DNA of 63,876 nt, the filler included, from Vezdaea acicularis (Eukaryota), in NCBI GenBank assembly GCA_026025075.1. It is 3 parts of 3 records of this genome, joined end to end, with 100 filler letters (N's around TTAATTAATTAA, not from the genome) between each part and the next. Parts side by side here need not be neighbours in the genome. Positions count along the whole stretch, not along the records: positions 30,300 to 60,356 come from JAPEUI010000163.1; positions 60,457 to 63,876 come from JAPEUI010000311.1; 1 more part is not named here. One strand, 5' to 3'. The position numbers and the translations under genes were made by a program. Position 1 is the stretch's first letter. Every line of letters begins with the position of its first letter. The notes under the pieces were generated by a model. It was not told the DNA's origin, ran no database searches, and saw nothing but the letters and a program-made list of their open reading frames with translations. Shown piece by piece: positions 52,034 through 63,876 of the stretch.

Positions 52034-52553
52034 GGTATCCGGAGAATGTAATCTTGAGGGAGGCGCCTATAGTTCTTCGCTATAAGAAGACCACCCAACG
52101 AGTATTATATCTCTTTCAGAGTTTGCGAAGAGCGTCTAGAAATACAACGGGCACGTATAGATATTGTGGTTAGTATGTAATTATTGGGCAAGCTCTCTTC
52201 AGACAAGGCGTTCACGGTTCATAGCTTGGCGCAGCCCCTTGAGATCTATAAGCTTAGCATAGCTGTCCAGAGGTATTATGGTTGGAGCTTTGGATATGAT
52301 GCTATCGAAAGCAAATATAATTTAAGAAGATGTCACTGTGAGCTTTGCAGGTTCTAGGCTATTGCTCGGAGCGGTATCATGTGGGGGCTTATTCACCGTG
52401 ATGATGCCCCACGCGAGTTCTCGCGTCGATGCGTCACTTGGACCCAACCCCTCGCCAAAGTTTGATGTCTTCTCTCTCTGCTCGTAACGCGCGAAATTAG
52501 TCTTCTTTTCTCGATGTAAAGGTTTGGCACATTGGAGTACGAGGGCCAAGATC

Positions 52554-55003
52554 ATGGGAAGAGCGAAAAGAAAACCAGTCGTGGCCAAAGGCAGCATTGG
52601 GTACAATAGTGGGGGCAGAGGGTTCGACAATGATTTAAGTCAATCATTCATTGCTGGCTCAGGACAGTCAGTCAAACATGCAAAACAGGGTCAGTATTCG
52701 TCGACATGTCTTCATAGAAATGATATGGCACTCACCATCTTTTAAAATCAGTGGCGAGTAAGTTTTCTTTGCGAGAGGAAGCTAGGAACACAGGCCGTCA
52801 AACGTCATTCTGGACTTCAGACCTTAAGTTGCGGCACAACAAAATAAATTTCGTCAGCGGTGGTGACTTCGATGCCAATGAGCTGATAGAAAATCGGAGA
52901 AATGAGGCTTCTCTTCCTGTAGAAGATTCGAACATAATGGCAGGCGTCCTGCTAGAATCTCAGACAGCGTTTGCGGATTTGAGCCTTGAGCAAGTTGGTC
53001 CGGCGGACCTACCGAGGAATGAAGAGGAAATCATACATGACCAAGATGACCCAGGCATATCCACTTTACCTTTCGCTCTCGACTTACTCGGAGATAAGTC
53101 ACTCGCGCCTCCTGAACAAGCATCTCTAGGTCCTTTGAGAGATAAGTCGCAGTCTCCGATACTCTCTGATTCCAGCGCCGAAGTGATCCTCTTCACTGGG
53201 CGCAACAAGAGGGTCTCCTCACTGAAGCAAACTTCACCTACCAAACGCACCGTCAAACAGACAGCGAGAGACTTCGACGATTCCAGGCCTGATTCGATCA
53301 TTGACGCGCCGAATGATTCGAGCTGTATAACGACCAAAAACTATCAATACTTGTCCTCAACCACAGAAGCCCAATCAGTAACAAATTTCCCGGGAAGGTG
53401 GCCAATGGGAAATGACGCTCGAACTGCAGCTGCACTTGACGATTATGTTGCCAACCTTAAAAGCTCCGGTCATCTTGATGAGCTCTCTGGGAATGGCCTT
53501 CTAAATATCGTTGGACTTGGAAGCCCGGATGTGAGTGAACGGGAGCCTCCTTCTACGAAAGGAGAAGACTCCAATCAGGAAACGGGAGAACGAGACAACT
53601 GGTCTCAATCGGATTTGGAGGACCTTTGTGGTCTTAGTACATCAAGCACAATAATGGAAAACGTCCAAGCTATTCTCTCGAAAAGGGAGAGGAAGCACGG
53701 CATGCAGTATCTTGTGCTGTGGGAAGGTCACGTCGTTGATGACGCTCGTTGGATACCTGCGGAATTACTGGAGGGCAAGGCGGACAGGCTGATCTCCCTT
53801 TTTGATGAGAGGGAACGCCTCGAGGCTAAGTATCGAATTTCTAAGGGAAAGTCCGAAAGCGAGTCCAGTGGGGAACGGATTATTGAGCCTGCTGATGCAA
53901 GTGAGTCTGACAGTTCGGAAGATCGAAAGGACGACCAGGATCTCCTCCAGCGAAAGCATGAAAGGCTTACAGACGAAAAACTTGCACGACTTCTTTCAAA
54001 GCAAGAGGAGATGGGTTTGGGGTCTGCACATTTAATGATAACAGACGACGATTCCGGCGATGACTTGGATACTTGGCTTAATTCTCCAAAGGCAAAGAGT
54101 AAATTCAAGGGATCAGGAAAATATCGAAAGCACCAAGGCAAGGGATTTCCTTCACCATCTAGGTTTGTTGATGTTTACGATTCTCTTGACCAACTGGACG
54201 ACTTCGACATTGTGGACCGTGATCGGCCTAGCTTGCAGCGAAAGTCAAAGCGCAACAAAGGCGTTCCTTCTTTCGATACATCTGACCTTGAACTGCAGAA
54301 CAATTTGACCCAAACTTGGGTCAAGGATCGTGCGAAGAAAAAGGCTCGCAAAGAGGAGCGTCAGTTGCTTCGAGATCAAGGACTTTTAGGGCGGAAGCAG
54401 AAGGGAAAACGCGAGCTCCCCTCAAATAAGTCTGATGGCGTCTTGATAGAAGACATCAAAGTTCAAGTGAGGGACTTCCTGCTTTCTGAAGATCAATCGT
54501 GAGCCGCTCTCCTCGTACCTGTGGATACTTTTCATGCTCACTACGTTCCTAGACTTTCCCTTCGACCTATGAAAACGCAAAGCCGTATCATTGTTCATAA
54601 CATTGCCAACCTATTCAATCTAAGTTCGAAATCGGTAGGACCTCCTAACTCAAGAGCTCCTACGCTTAGCAAAACCTCGAAAACGCGGCCCTTCAATGAA
54701 AATGCGTTGCAGAACATCACTCCTCAACTTCCTCATTGGCGAGCTCGGCAATCTATAGACAAAAGAGGTGGGAAGGGGCCCTTGAGAACGAAAGCGACTG
54801 GAGCCGGCGCGAGCGCCGCGGTGTATAGGGATGGAGAAGTTGTTGGTGCAGCTGCACCTGAGCTTGGGCAAGAAAATCGAGGCAGAGCTATGTTAGAGAA
54901 GATGGGGTGGACGCACGGAGTTGCACTCGGTGCGCTGAATAATAAGGGTATCCTTCACCCAGTTTCTCACGTTGTGAAAACAACCAAAGCTGGGCTGGGA
55001 TAG
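52554..55003 (+). CDS. SQS1: Sqs1-like R3H + G-patch protein, 3 exons
   Basis: LRHNKINFVSGG; R3H-like RIIVHNIANLFNLSSKSVG; G-patch ENRGRAMLEKMGWTHGVALGALNNKGILHPV..KAGLG. Confidence 0.85.
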
Positions 55004-55440
55004 GTGTGATTGTTGCATCCTCGGAACTCAATCATTGATTTGCATTTTAATTACCTGGGCATTGCTCTTGTGTATCTGTAACATAGCCTACAGCATATGG
55101 CTTAGCCCTGGAGTTACGAAGCACACTGAGGGTTCGTGGGCATTACTGTTCGTGTGTAAAATGGGATGAAGATATTCTGTGTACATCTAGTTTGAAACAA
55201 AGGGACCTCTCCAGGTATGCTTGGAATAGGTTTTCTACACAAAATAAAGATATCAAGCATACTGCTGATGAGAGGTCGTGACGGTATTTTACAGATTTTA
55301 CTGAACTAGCCTCCTGTTATCAACGCCTACTCCAATCATGAACTGCTCTAGTCATTATTCCGATGCGATCGCTATCAAAAGCCTTACTTAACGTGCACAC
55401 TATCATATCTTGCTCCCAGCTCGCCAAATTAGGGCAAGAC

Positions 55441-57270
55441 CTAGACTCCATCTGCAACCTCTAGCAGCGTTCTATTTGTTTCATCTCCTCTTTCCTTTCC
55501 CTCCGCCTGATCCAATTGGTATAGGTTGAGCGTGCCCTAAGTCTTTGATATGAGAAAAAAGCTTTGTCTTCGACGGGAATATTTGCCTGCAAACGAGACA
55601 TTCAAGCTACGAGAATAAGACTTTGAGTAATGATTTGATGACACGCGATGGAGACTAGCACTTACTCCATGATTCAATGCTTCAAATTTTGACTGCTGGG
55701 CTGCTTTCTTTGCACGCTTCTCTTTTGCTTTGCCTAATTTAGGCTTCGGAGTTTTATCGGCTTCCTCAGCTAACTTATTGCTCGAGAGAGAGTCCAAAAT
55801 TTCATCTACATTTTCGCTCACCGGGGAAGGCAAGACGTCGGAAGATGGCGCAGAGTCTTGAGGATCTCCACCTGTTAGGCGCAACTCCGCAATTCCCCGT
55901 GGCGCATATTCGTCATTCGATGTGTCATCAGTCTCATGGTGCTCCGATTCACCAGCTAGTGATATCTTCTCGCCGCAAGGATGGGATGGAGGAATAACTG
56001 AGCTCAAGGCAACATCAGGAGGGAAAGAGTCTTCCATGACAAGGCTGTCCTGTGCTTTCGAGGGACTCCCTTCTTGATGGGCTTCTTCTTGGGCAGAGCT
56101 GTTGAATTCATTGCTTGAATTTTCGTCTATATTAAGAGCCCTGTTGTCCTTCTTCATCAATCTGCGTAGATACTGAACTGCTTTCTGGTGCTTCTTGCTC
56201 CTTTCGTGTGAGGCAAATTGCTGCTCACTTTTGAACATCTTAGAACAGGCAACGCATTCAAAATGCTCCTCTATCGTTTTTTCCTCCTCTTCTTCTTCTT
56301 CCGAGACATAAAGATCTTCTTCCGCTCTAGCCTTGGTCCACTCAGGTACCACTTGAGCCGCAAGTCTAGCGTTATTTAAGGCTCTCGACCTAGCGGCCTG
56401 GGATGCCACAGCATCTTTCAATACTTTTTGCCGATCTGCCTCTGTCTGCGCATTTGGTATAAACCTAGGATCTCGCTTCTTGGTAAAGGCTACAAGGGAC
56501 CTGACTGCTTCGTTGAATTCTCTTATGCCTTCCTCACGAGATCGATTATTCTTCTTCTCCATCATTCGTCGCACCCTTCTATCGGGAGCATCCGAGTAAC
56601 GGTAGATATCCTTCCAAGAAAATGATTTTTTGGTTGCAAAAGAGGACCAGGTAGCATAAAATGGCCGTACGCTCTGTTCGTAATTATCCTTTGAGCTGCC
56701 AAACGACGGATAGACTTCCGACCGAATGCCTTGCCAGTCGCATGCGATAGATTCCTCATGTGCAAGGGTATCAAAAAACGACTGGAGAGTCGAAAAAAAG
56801 CCCGCCGCGGCATCAGAATATTCCATGCGTCCATTGACTTTGGCCAACATCTTTATAACATCTTCCGTAGTTGTAATCCGTACGTTATGCTCGAAATGCC
56901 CTCCTGTGCTTTCTTCATCATCATGCAGAATAGCATCCCGATGCGAGTCATACCACGCTCTCTCTTGAGGGTCAGACAGCACTTCATAAGCGCCCTGGAT
57001 AGCTGAGAAAAGTGCGGTGGAACTCTCAATATTGTCCAGATTCCGGTCAGGATGAAGCTCTAATGCTTTCCGTCGGTAAGCCTTTTTGACCCTGCGACAT
57101 ATGGTCTATTAGCCGTTGTATTTTCAATGCGAATCTAGTACTGACTCCTCATCCGTAGCTTGCCGCTGGATGCCAAGAAGCTCATAATAGCACGTCTTCA
57201 TTTCTGCTCTCTTCCCTGTGACTCCACGGCCGGTGCCCCCCTGCTGTTCTCCCGACTGACTCTGACCCAT
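55441..57270 (-). CDS. JJJ1: J-domain protein with C2H2 zinc fingers (Jjj1/DNAJC21)
   Basis: CYYELLG..KKAYRRKALELHPDRN; AYEVLSDPQERAWYDSHR; APDRRVRRMMEK; CVACSKMFKSEQQFASHERSKKH; last exon CLVCRQIFPSKTKLFSHIKDLGH. Confidence 0.92.
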
Positions 57271-58334
57271 TCATATAGGTATTGGAAGATGAAGACCTCT
57301 TAGGGCCTTCCACGACTTTCGTTCACACCAAGCTGGGCCGTGCATGCAACTCATGTCGTAACGCAGTTACAATCAAATCCAATACACGAGGTAGGGCACA
57401 TGGCGGGTTTACTTTTCCTTAGCGTTTCTATGGCACTATCGTACCGTGCGTGCATGGTGGGAAAAGTTTTGCATAACCTTAACTTACCCCCTCCAAAATT
57501 CAAGTTTGCCCTCAAGGCCCGCAATTACGCCCACCCAACGCGTTCCCCAAAAAGAAGTTAAACCCCCAGCCACGCTCTCGTATACGGAAGCTTCATAATA
57601 TAGCCTAGTCGAAAGTCAAAACTGCTAAGTTGCAACAATTATCTAGACCAGCGGCAAATTTTCCCTTTCACGAGGGGCATGGGGCATGACTGTAAGCGCC
57701 CCGCGGCGCACGTATGACGCAAGAGGTCAAGAGCATCACTCGTGATCAAACGCCGCCACCGGCAGAGGCCTTCTCGATTGTTAATATTTGGATCGGAAAT
57801 GTATTAGGAATGACTTGCCGTGCAAGGGATGTCATACAAATTGCTTAGATCGAGTTTTTCTCAAAAGCAGTCGGATCAGGTACCCTAAAAACGCTTGTCC
57901 AGCCCTGTGGTCATAGAAGCGACGCCCCCCGAACCCTAATTGAAGCAGGATTAGTTCGGCACGTGCCAATCCATGGTTTGACTTCAGGCTTATTTAAAGC
58001 CTGGCGACAAGGTCATGGTACTCTTAAAATTCAATGGCACATGTCTCGTAAGATTGACAGGAACGAAGAGTGGGATACCTGCCATAATCGCAAGTATTTA
58101 GGCATCTAGGCCACTATCAACAGCGAAAAACACTTCGGGCTTCTACGAGGGAACCTGTTACTCCATTCTGTGAATTCACTTCTCTCGATCTTTCCTCGGG
58201 TGGTTTCGTTCGCTCCATCGTACCTGAGTTTTCCCCATCAATACAAAGTAGCTTTAGTCCTCACATGTATTGTCGCCTTGCGTTCACCCGAAGTTGAGCT
58301 ACATAGAATCCAACTGGGAGAATATTCGCAAAGT

Positions 58335-60140
58335 ATGAAGTTTGGGCACTTCTACTTGGAGCGCCTCCAAGACTTCCCAGTACACTTACGGGAGCCAGCG
58401 GTATCCTACAGGCAACTAAAAAAGTACCTCAAACTTGTGAGAAAGGAATTGGAGAGCTGCGGTCTCGATCGTCTTACAGTTCTAAGGCTAGCCTCTCATG
58501 CTAGTCAGGCAGAGAGGGTGGGAGCATCTGACGCTACAGAGCAAGAAGAAAGTACTGATGTGGCCAATGAAGAACCAGAATTACAATACACCCTTGTAGG
58601 CATGTATTTCTACACAGGGGAACCTATTAGCAAAGATGATGTGCTGGAGCTGACTTCTAATTTTAGATGATGCTGATACAGGCACAATCAAATCACGTAT
58701 AACTCTCGAGTTGAATCGCGCATATGGACCCCTTTTTGATGATGGTCTCGTTACTGCAACTAAGGCTCATTTGCGAGAGCTAGCGGCAAGTCAGCGTATG
58801 GGGGATTTTCCAGAACATACAAACGGTGAGCTTGGCGGCGGTCCAACGCGTAGGGTCTCGATAATAGACTCTGATGCTTCCAATAAAAAGGAAAGTCTTG
58901 AGGAATCGTTGGATCTTTCTGACGGCAAGACGAAGAGAATCGAAGTGTCTCTGGCTTCTGACGCGGATTTCTTCCAGCGGCTAAAGGATGATATATCTGG
59001 CCTAAGCGCGATCCAAATCAGAGAGAGGGAGGGCCTGATAACGAGGATAGGCCAGCTCATTGGCGATATGCGCAAAACGGCAGCTCCTTCGAAATGGAGG
59101 TCTGATTTGTATGCGTGGCGAGAGGTATTCGCCTTGTACGGCCAAGCGGTGAGGGCCTCCCTCACTAGTGAGAGGAACAGCAACTCTTGTTTCTAGATTT
59201 TGAGGTCCGCGTGCTAATAGTGGGAAGAATATATTCTACTCGAATCGAGAAGTCGATCATGGACAGCATGATGCGGTCACGGCTCGTAAAGAGCTAGAGG
59301 CACTCCTAGCGCGTATCAAGGAGAAAAAGATACTTGATCAGTTCAAGAAGAAAAAGAGTCTTGCGACGTTTCATGAATTCATTGAGATCAATGACGCATT
59401 AATTAAGAATATTGAGTATCAAGAGCTCAATGCTACCGCGATTACGAAGATACTGAAGAGTAAGGGCAAAAGCGCAGGTGTCACACACATGCTGACTGAC
59501 TGACAGAATTCGACAAGACTACCGGTCTTGGCGCCAGGAAGGAGTGGCCGAAGATCATCGCCCATGAGCCATTCTTTGCAGACGACATGGCGAAGGCCAT
59601 TGTTCTAAATATAAATGCGGAGCTCATGCCTACCGTTCCACAGTTGGACGACTACAAGTGCCCAGTATGCTGGGACATTGCTTGGAAGCCGCTCAAACTG
59701 GATTGCGGACACATGCATTGCACTACGTGTGTCATCAAGATGAAGGGGAAAAGAGACGAGAAATGTGCACTGTGCCGCAGACCCACCGTGTTCTTAGCCG
59801 ACGCATGTACGTATATCCCGTCTTAGCTTTGCCAAGTCTGGTCATGGACTACCTTCTCCCTCTTTTTGAAGCCACCATGTTCGCAGAAAAAAAGAAAATT
59901 GGAGAGATGCATCCCCATGCTATGTCTTCCCTTTTACACGAATGTAACTAACTTTACTTGTGCTTCTAATCAGGTCACCTCGACAAGGAACTCTACAAGT
60001 TCCAGAAGGAATACTTCCCGAAGGAGATGAAGCAAAAGGAGAAGGAGAAGCGAGAGCTGGACATGGCTGCATATGAACAGAGATGGGGCGAGCCGCTCCC
60101 GAATGTTTATCCATTCAATCGCATGGCGAATATCGCCTAG
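58335..60140 (+). CDS. SPX + RING E3 ubiquitin ligase (Pqr1/NLA-like architecture), 5 exons
   Basis: MKFG..VSYRQLKKYLK SPX start; YQELNATAITKILK|KFDK; RING CPVCWDIAWKPLKLDCGHMHCTTC..CALCR; YFPKEMKQKE. Confidence 0.85.
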
Positions 60141-60356
60141 GAACGTCCATGAAGCTGATGAGTTGCTTTGCACCAAAGTCAGTGGACATTTTTGGGGAAG
60201 TAATGAAGGCGTTTTTGTCTGGCGTGGGTGATACCCACTGCGGTGTCGTCGTACTTGTTTTCCAGACATTGTACGCATCAAGGAGCTTTGATTGCTGATT
60301 ATTATTGCTGGAATAGCATTTTAAATGCTCATGGTTTCCAGACCACTTTTAATATT

Positions 60357-60456
60357 NNNNNNNNNNNNNNNNNNNNNNNNNNNNNNNNNNNNNNNNNNNN
60401 TTAATTAATTAANNNNNNNNNNNNNNNNNNNNNNNNNNNNNNNNNNNNNNNNNNNN
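60357..60456. other. Artificial contig-joining spacer
   Basis: 44 N + TTAATTAATTAA + 44 N, identical to the first spacer. Confidence 0.97.
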
Positions 60457-63400
60457 GGTGATGGCGCAGAAGAGGGCGAAGCCGCCGATGCGGTGTTTCT
60501 CGGCGTACTCGGGTTCTTTGCCGGGGCAGGGGTGCGATTCGGCGACGTTGAGCTCTTGGCCGCCGGAGCAGGTGGTTAGGGGGATGCGGCGGTAGCCCGT
60601 GGGGTCGTAGTAGGAGATGAGGGTCGGGTCGGCGGAGCAGTCTTCTATGTGGTTGGGTGGGTCCATGCCCTTGACTAGGGCGCAGGTGCCGTCGATTTCA
60701 CGCGCGTAATTGTAGTCGCTAAGAAGCATGTTAGTCGGTTGATGTACAAAATGTATGACGGGGGGGGGAGGGGAGAGAGAGGTACCATTCAAAGTCCTGT
60801 CGTGTGCAAGAGCAGTTCTTGGCAATGTCGTGGGGCTTGGTGATGCCGTGGCTCACCTCGAAGAGGGGCCCATTGTAACAGATGCGGTCCGTGCGCTTGC
60901 GGTGGAACTGCGAGACATGTCCGAACAGGCAGTGGTTGTCCTGCTTGGGATGTTTAGGCTTCCAAAGGTAGTAATCACCTTCTTCTGGATGGTCTTCGTC
61001 GAGCTGGCATTTTTGGTCCGTAAGGCCCGAAAAATCAAGGTTGACTGTTGCAAGCTTGCGGCCGCCATGCCCAATCTCGTGGCCCCAGAGCATGAACATG
61101 CGAGAGCTATCACTGGGGACTGTCGAGATATCGTCGATTTCCATCGGCTTGTCCGTAAAGATGAATTCCTTCCAGGTATCGCCTTCGTCAAGCGTATAAA
61201 AGACCACGTCTGTAGGCGTGCCTCTCTCTACGATTACAATCACCGCACCTTGGTCGCCGTATTCCCATTGATAGGTCCCTTTCTTGGCCCATTTCCACGA
61301 AATGCCTCCATCAGTGGTCATGAAGGTATCTCCATCGCCGTAACGACCAAGATATTCTCCTACATTGCCAACGCCCATCATAACGCCCACGGCCGATGGC
61401 GACGAATAGGTGTCCCGGGGGTCATTGCGTTCGGTGTATCCATGTAAGTGTAGAGAACACTTGTCACCGGCGCATACAAAGTCCTTTCCATCTGCGTCCT
61501 TTTTTGGTGCCGGAAGCAAATCCCATTCCGCTCCATCGTTGTGTGTGATCATCGTCTTGAGCTTCTTGGTCTCGCCGATCACCATACCTTCGAAGTTATC
61601 AACAATATTGACAATAGCCACGCCTTGAAGAACCTGCGATTTCTCAAAGTCGACATAACCTGGGGTATTTCTGTTGACGTAGTTAAGGCTGGTCACATAC
61701 GACGAGCCGTTGGAGTTGCTCTTGATTATGGTACCGTACTCTTGGCCCAGCATGTCGTTCACCGTGACATGCAAGAACACAGAATGTGTGGAACTATCCA
61801 AGACTGTGTACGCTCTTTGTACGGGAACATTCAAGTCCCGCGGGAATTGAGCATCCGCGAACGTCTTGCCATCGATACTGGCATCTACCTTGAGCGATTT
61901 CTGGTCAGGGTCTCTAGCAGCGACGATGATGAACTCGGACATGGTTGCAAAGTCCACGATATCGTCAAAGGGCACAGTGACATCCTCAACAAACCAGTCA
62001 TCGCTGGAGACCAACTGTAGCCGATGCTCCAAATTTTCGTTTTCGTATTGTTCGCAGTAAACAAGTTTTTCATCGTGACGACCTCGGCCTTCTTCGGTAA
62101 TAAACTCGCACTTGCGCACGAATTGACGCAGTGGCTCCCAAGATACTCCGCGGTTCTTACTGACCCATGCGTCGGAGTGGCAGATTCCACCGCTTAGGCC
62201 GCAGTCTTTGGCGGCAATCCAAATTAGCCAATCCTTCTGATTCGGGTGGAAGTTCATGACTGGAACCCTTGTATCGAGTGTTGGTGGTGCCGGTGCTTCA
62301 AACTCCCTGAAAGTCTCGCCACGATCCATCGTGTAGTATACGGTTGTGCCGGCTGTCAGGAAGAACGCCTCATCATTCACGTATCGGTGTGGCCAGATTG
62401 ACTGAATGTGCTTGTCTTCCAGTATCTCCTCCCAGGTTTTCCCATGATCTCTGGTCAAAAATATTTGTTGCTGGTCAGTCCTCATGACGACAGTCTCATC
62501 TTTGCCAGAGCTGGATTTAGTCCTTTCTAGGTAGTAGTATTCCCGGAAGCTATTAGCATCGAAGGGAGTAATCTCACTAGAGATCTCGCTGCCCTTTGGC
62601 TCCTTTCCTGCTTCGCTACACTTCCTATCGACCTCCCTCGCAAGATCGTTCTTAGTCGGCAAACAATTGTTGCCCGGGATCCTTCGCCACCCAGACGTGC
62701 CCTTGAATGTGTCTTCAGGATTTTTACAAGCTCCCGTTGGTACATCTAACTTCCCACTGAGAATGCACGTTTCGCCATCAAAGCTTCGCTCAAAGTTGAA
62801 ATCACACTCGAAATCTTCCTCGGTACAATCGCATGGCTTTGTGTCTGGTACGGGATCCTTAAAGTCTCTGTTGACAAAGCACTCCGCATCGGCTTTCCGT
62901 CGTTCATAGAACTGCTGCTCTCCCATGACACAAATAGGGTCGCCGCTTTTATCGACACGAGCGTTCCACCTCTCGAAGTCTGACGATTTGCATGTTCGTT
63001 CATGCAGACCTGCAAAATCGATCGTGAAGATGTAGTGCTTTGACTTTGACCCGGCGATCATAGATGCCACTAAGAGAAATTTTTGCGTTGTTGAATCCGG
63101 TGTTGTCGTTAACATACGAGCCCTAACCTTCTCCCCTTCGAGCCCAAGATCCGCTTTTATCCAGTTATGGCCGTGGTCGATAGAGTACACTATCTCATCG
63201 GTAGTTTCCTCATCGTTAACCGCGACAAGGACCGAGCCCTGATCACCAAATTCATATTTGTGGGCTCCCTCTTGCCCTTTCCACCACGTCAAACCTGCAT
63301 CGTCTGACACGTAAAGGTCACCTTGGTCGTAAGGCCGAAGGTAGTCCCCGGTATTCCCAATACCCATCACCAGCCCAGGGGCTGGGCTCGAGAAAATCCT

Positions 63401-63876
63401 TCCACTGTTGTGAAGATTTGTCACGGAGTGTAAATGTAGGTCACGGCCTTTGTCGGTGGTGAGGTTGTCCCACGTTCTTCCATCGTCAAAGCTGATTTGA
63501 CTACGTAAGCGCTTATCAATTCGACCTGATGGGTCGAGGTCAAGCTTTTCCCAATTATCAACAACGTTCACCAGTACGATACCTCGTATGCCCCTTATTT
63601 TTTCAAAGTCGACAAGTCCGTGGCGATTGCGATTAGTGTGTTCTATCAGCCGTGTGAAGAACGTGCCTTGCGAGTTGCTTGAGAAGAGAACGCCGATTGG
63701 TTGCATCGTCTTTGATGTCATGACATCCACTTGAAGGCTGTAGTTGGTTGACTCTAAGATAGTATAAGCATCTTCCTCAAGTCTATGGTCGCTTGGGAAC
63801 TCTGCTCTGTGCCAATGCTCGGCGTCGGTTGTAACGAAGAGAGCCATCTCCTGAGTGCCTTCAGCTTTTACAGCGA
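60457..63876 (-). CDS. VPS10: Vacuolar sorting receptor Vps10/Pep1 (partial at both ends)
   Basis: Repeated Asp-box motifs (SFDDGRTW, SDDAGLTW, TRDHGKTW, TTDGGISW); two 10CC modules (CDCTEEDFECDFNF; CSCTRQDFE|..DYNY); start of TM segment at the contig break; one intron near 60720-60785. Confidence 0.95.

Noticed and set aside
57932..57939. AACCCTAA as a telomerase RNA template (similar words at 29245 and 48355)
   Set aside because: Short words expected by chance. They lie in a 1-kb divergent promoter, a CDS or an intron, with no recognisable pseudoknot or CR4/5 domain.
60755..61447. Long antisense ORFs (also 28304-29011, 61541-62020, 35679-36212)
   Set aside because: Shadows of biased codon usage in real genes, with no recognisable motifs.

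Overview
Eukaryotic DNA from a filamentous ascomycete (Pezizomycotina-type) with a compact, gene-dense genome and short GT-AG introns. The window is three contigs joined by artificial 100-bp spacers (44 N + TTAATTAATTAA + 44 N) at 30200-30299 and 60357-60456. Contig 1 (1-30199) carries 13 genes (VMA12, DAL1, a Zn2Cys6 factor, two cell-surface proteins, a Topors-like RING ligase, SLD2, MAM33, EXO1, FIG1, AP-1 beta, a HIRIP3-like gene and a conserved hypothetical gene). It ends in a (TTAGGG)21 telomere only about 0.8 kb from a housekeeping gene. Contig 2 (30300-60356) carries NOP9, BCK1, PDC, KGD2, NDUFB9, H2A/H2B, ATG4, SQS1, JJJ1 and an SPX-RING gene. Contig 3 is a partial VPS10. I see no clearly new multi-gene system. 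The most notable unexplained signals are a histone-H3-like relic (MARTKQ...) between PDC and KGD2, a 217-bp MITE-like element with 25-bp TIRs, the absence of a subtelomeric zone, a duplicated splice acceptor and local GC/strand-skew islands. All gene models were built by eye, without database searches.
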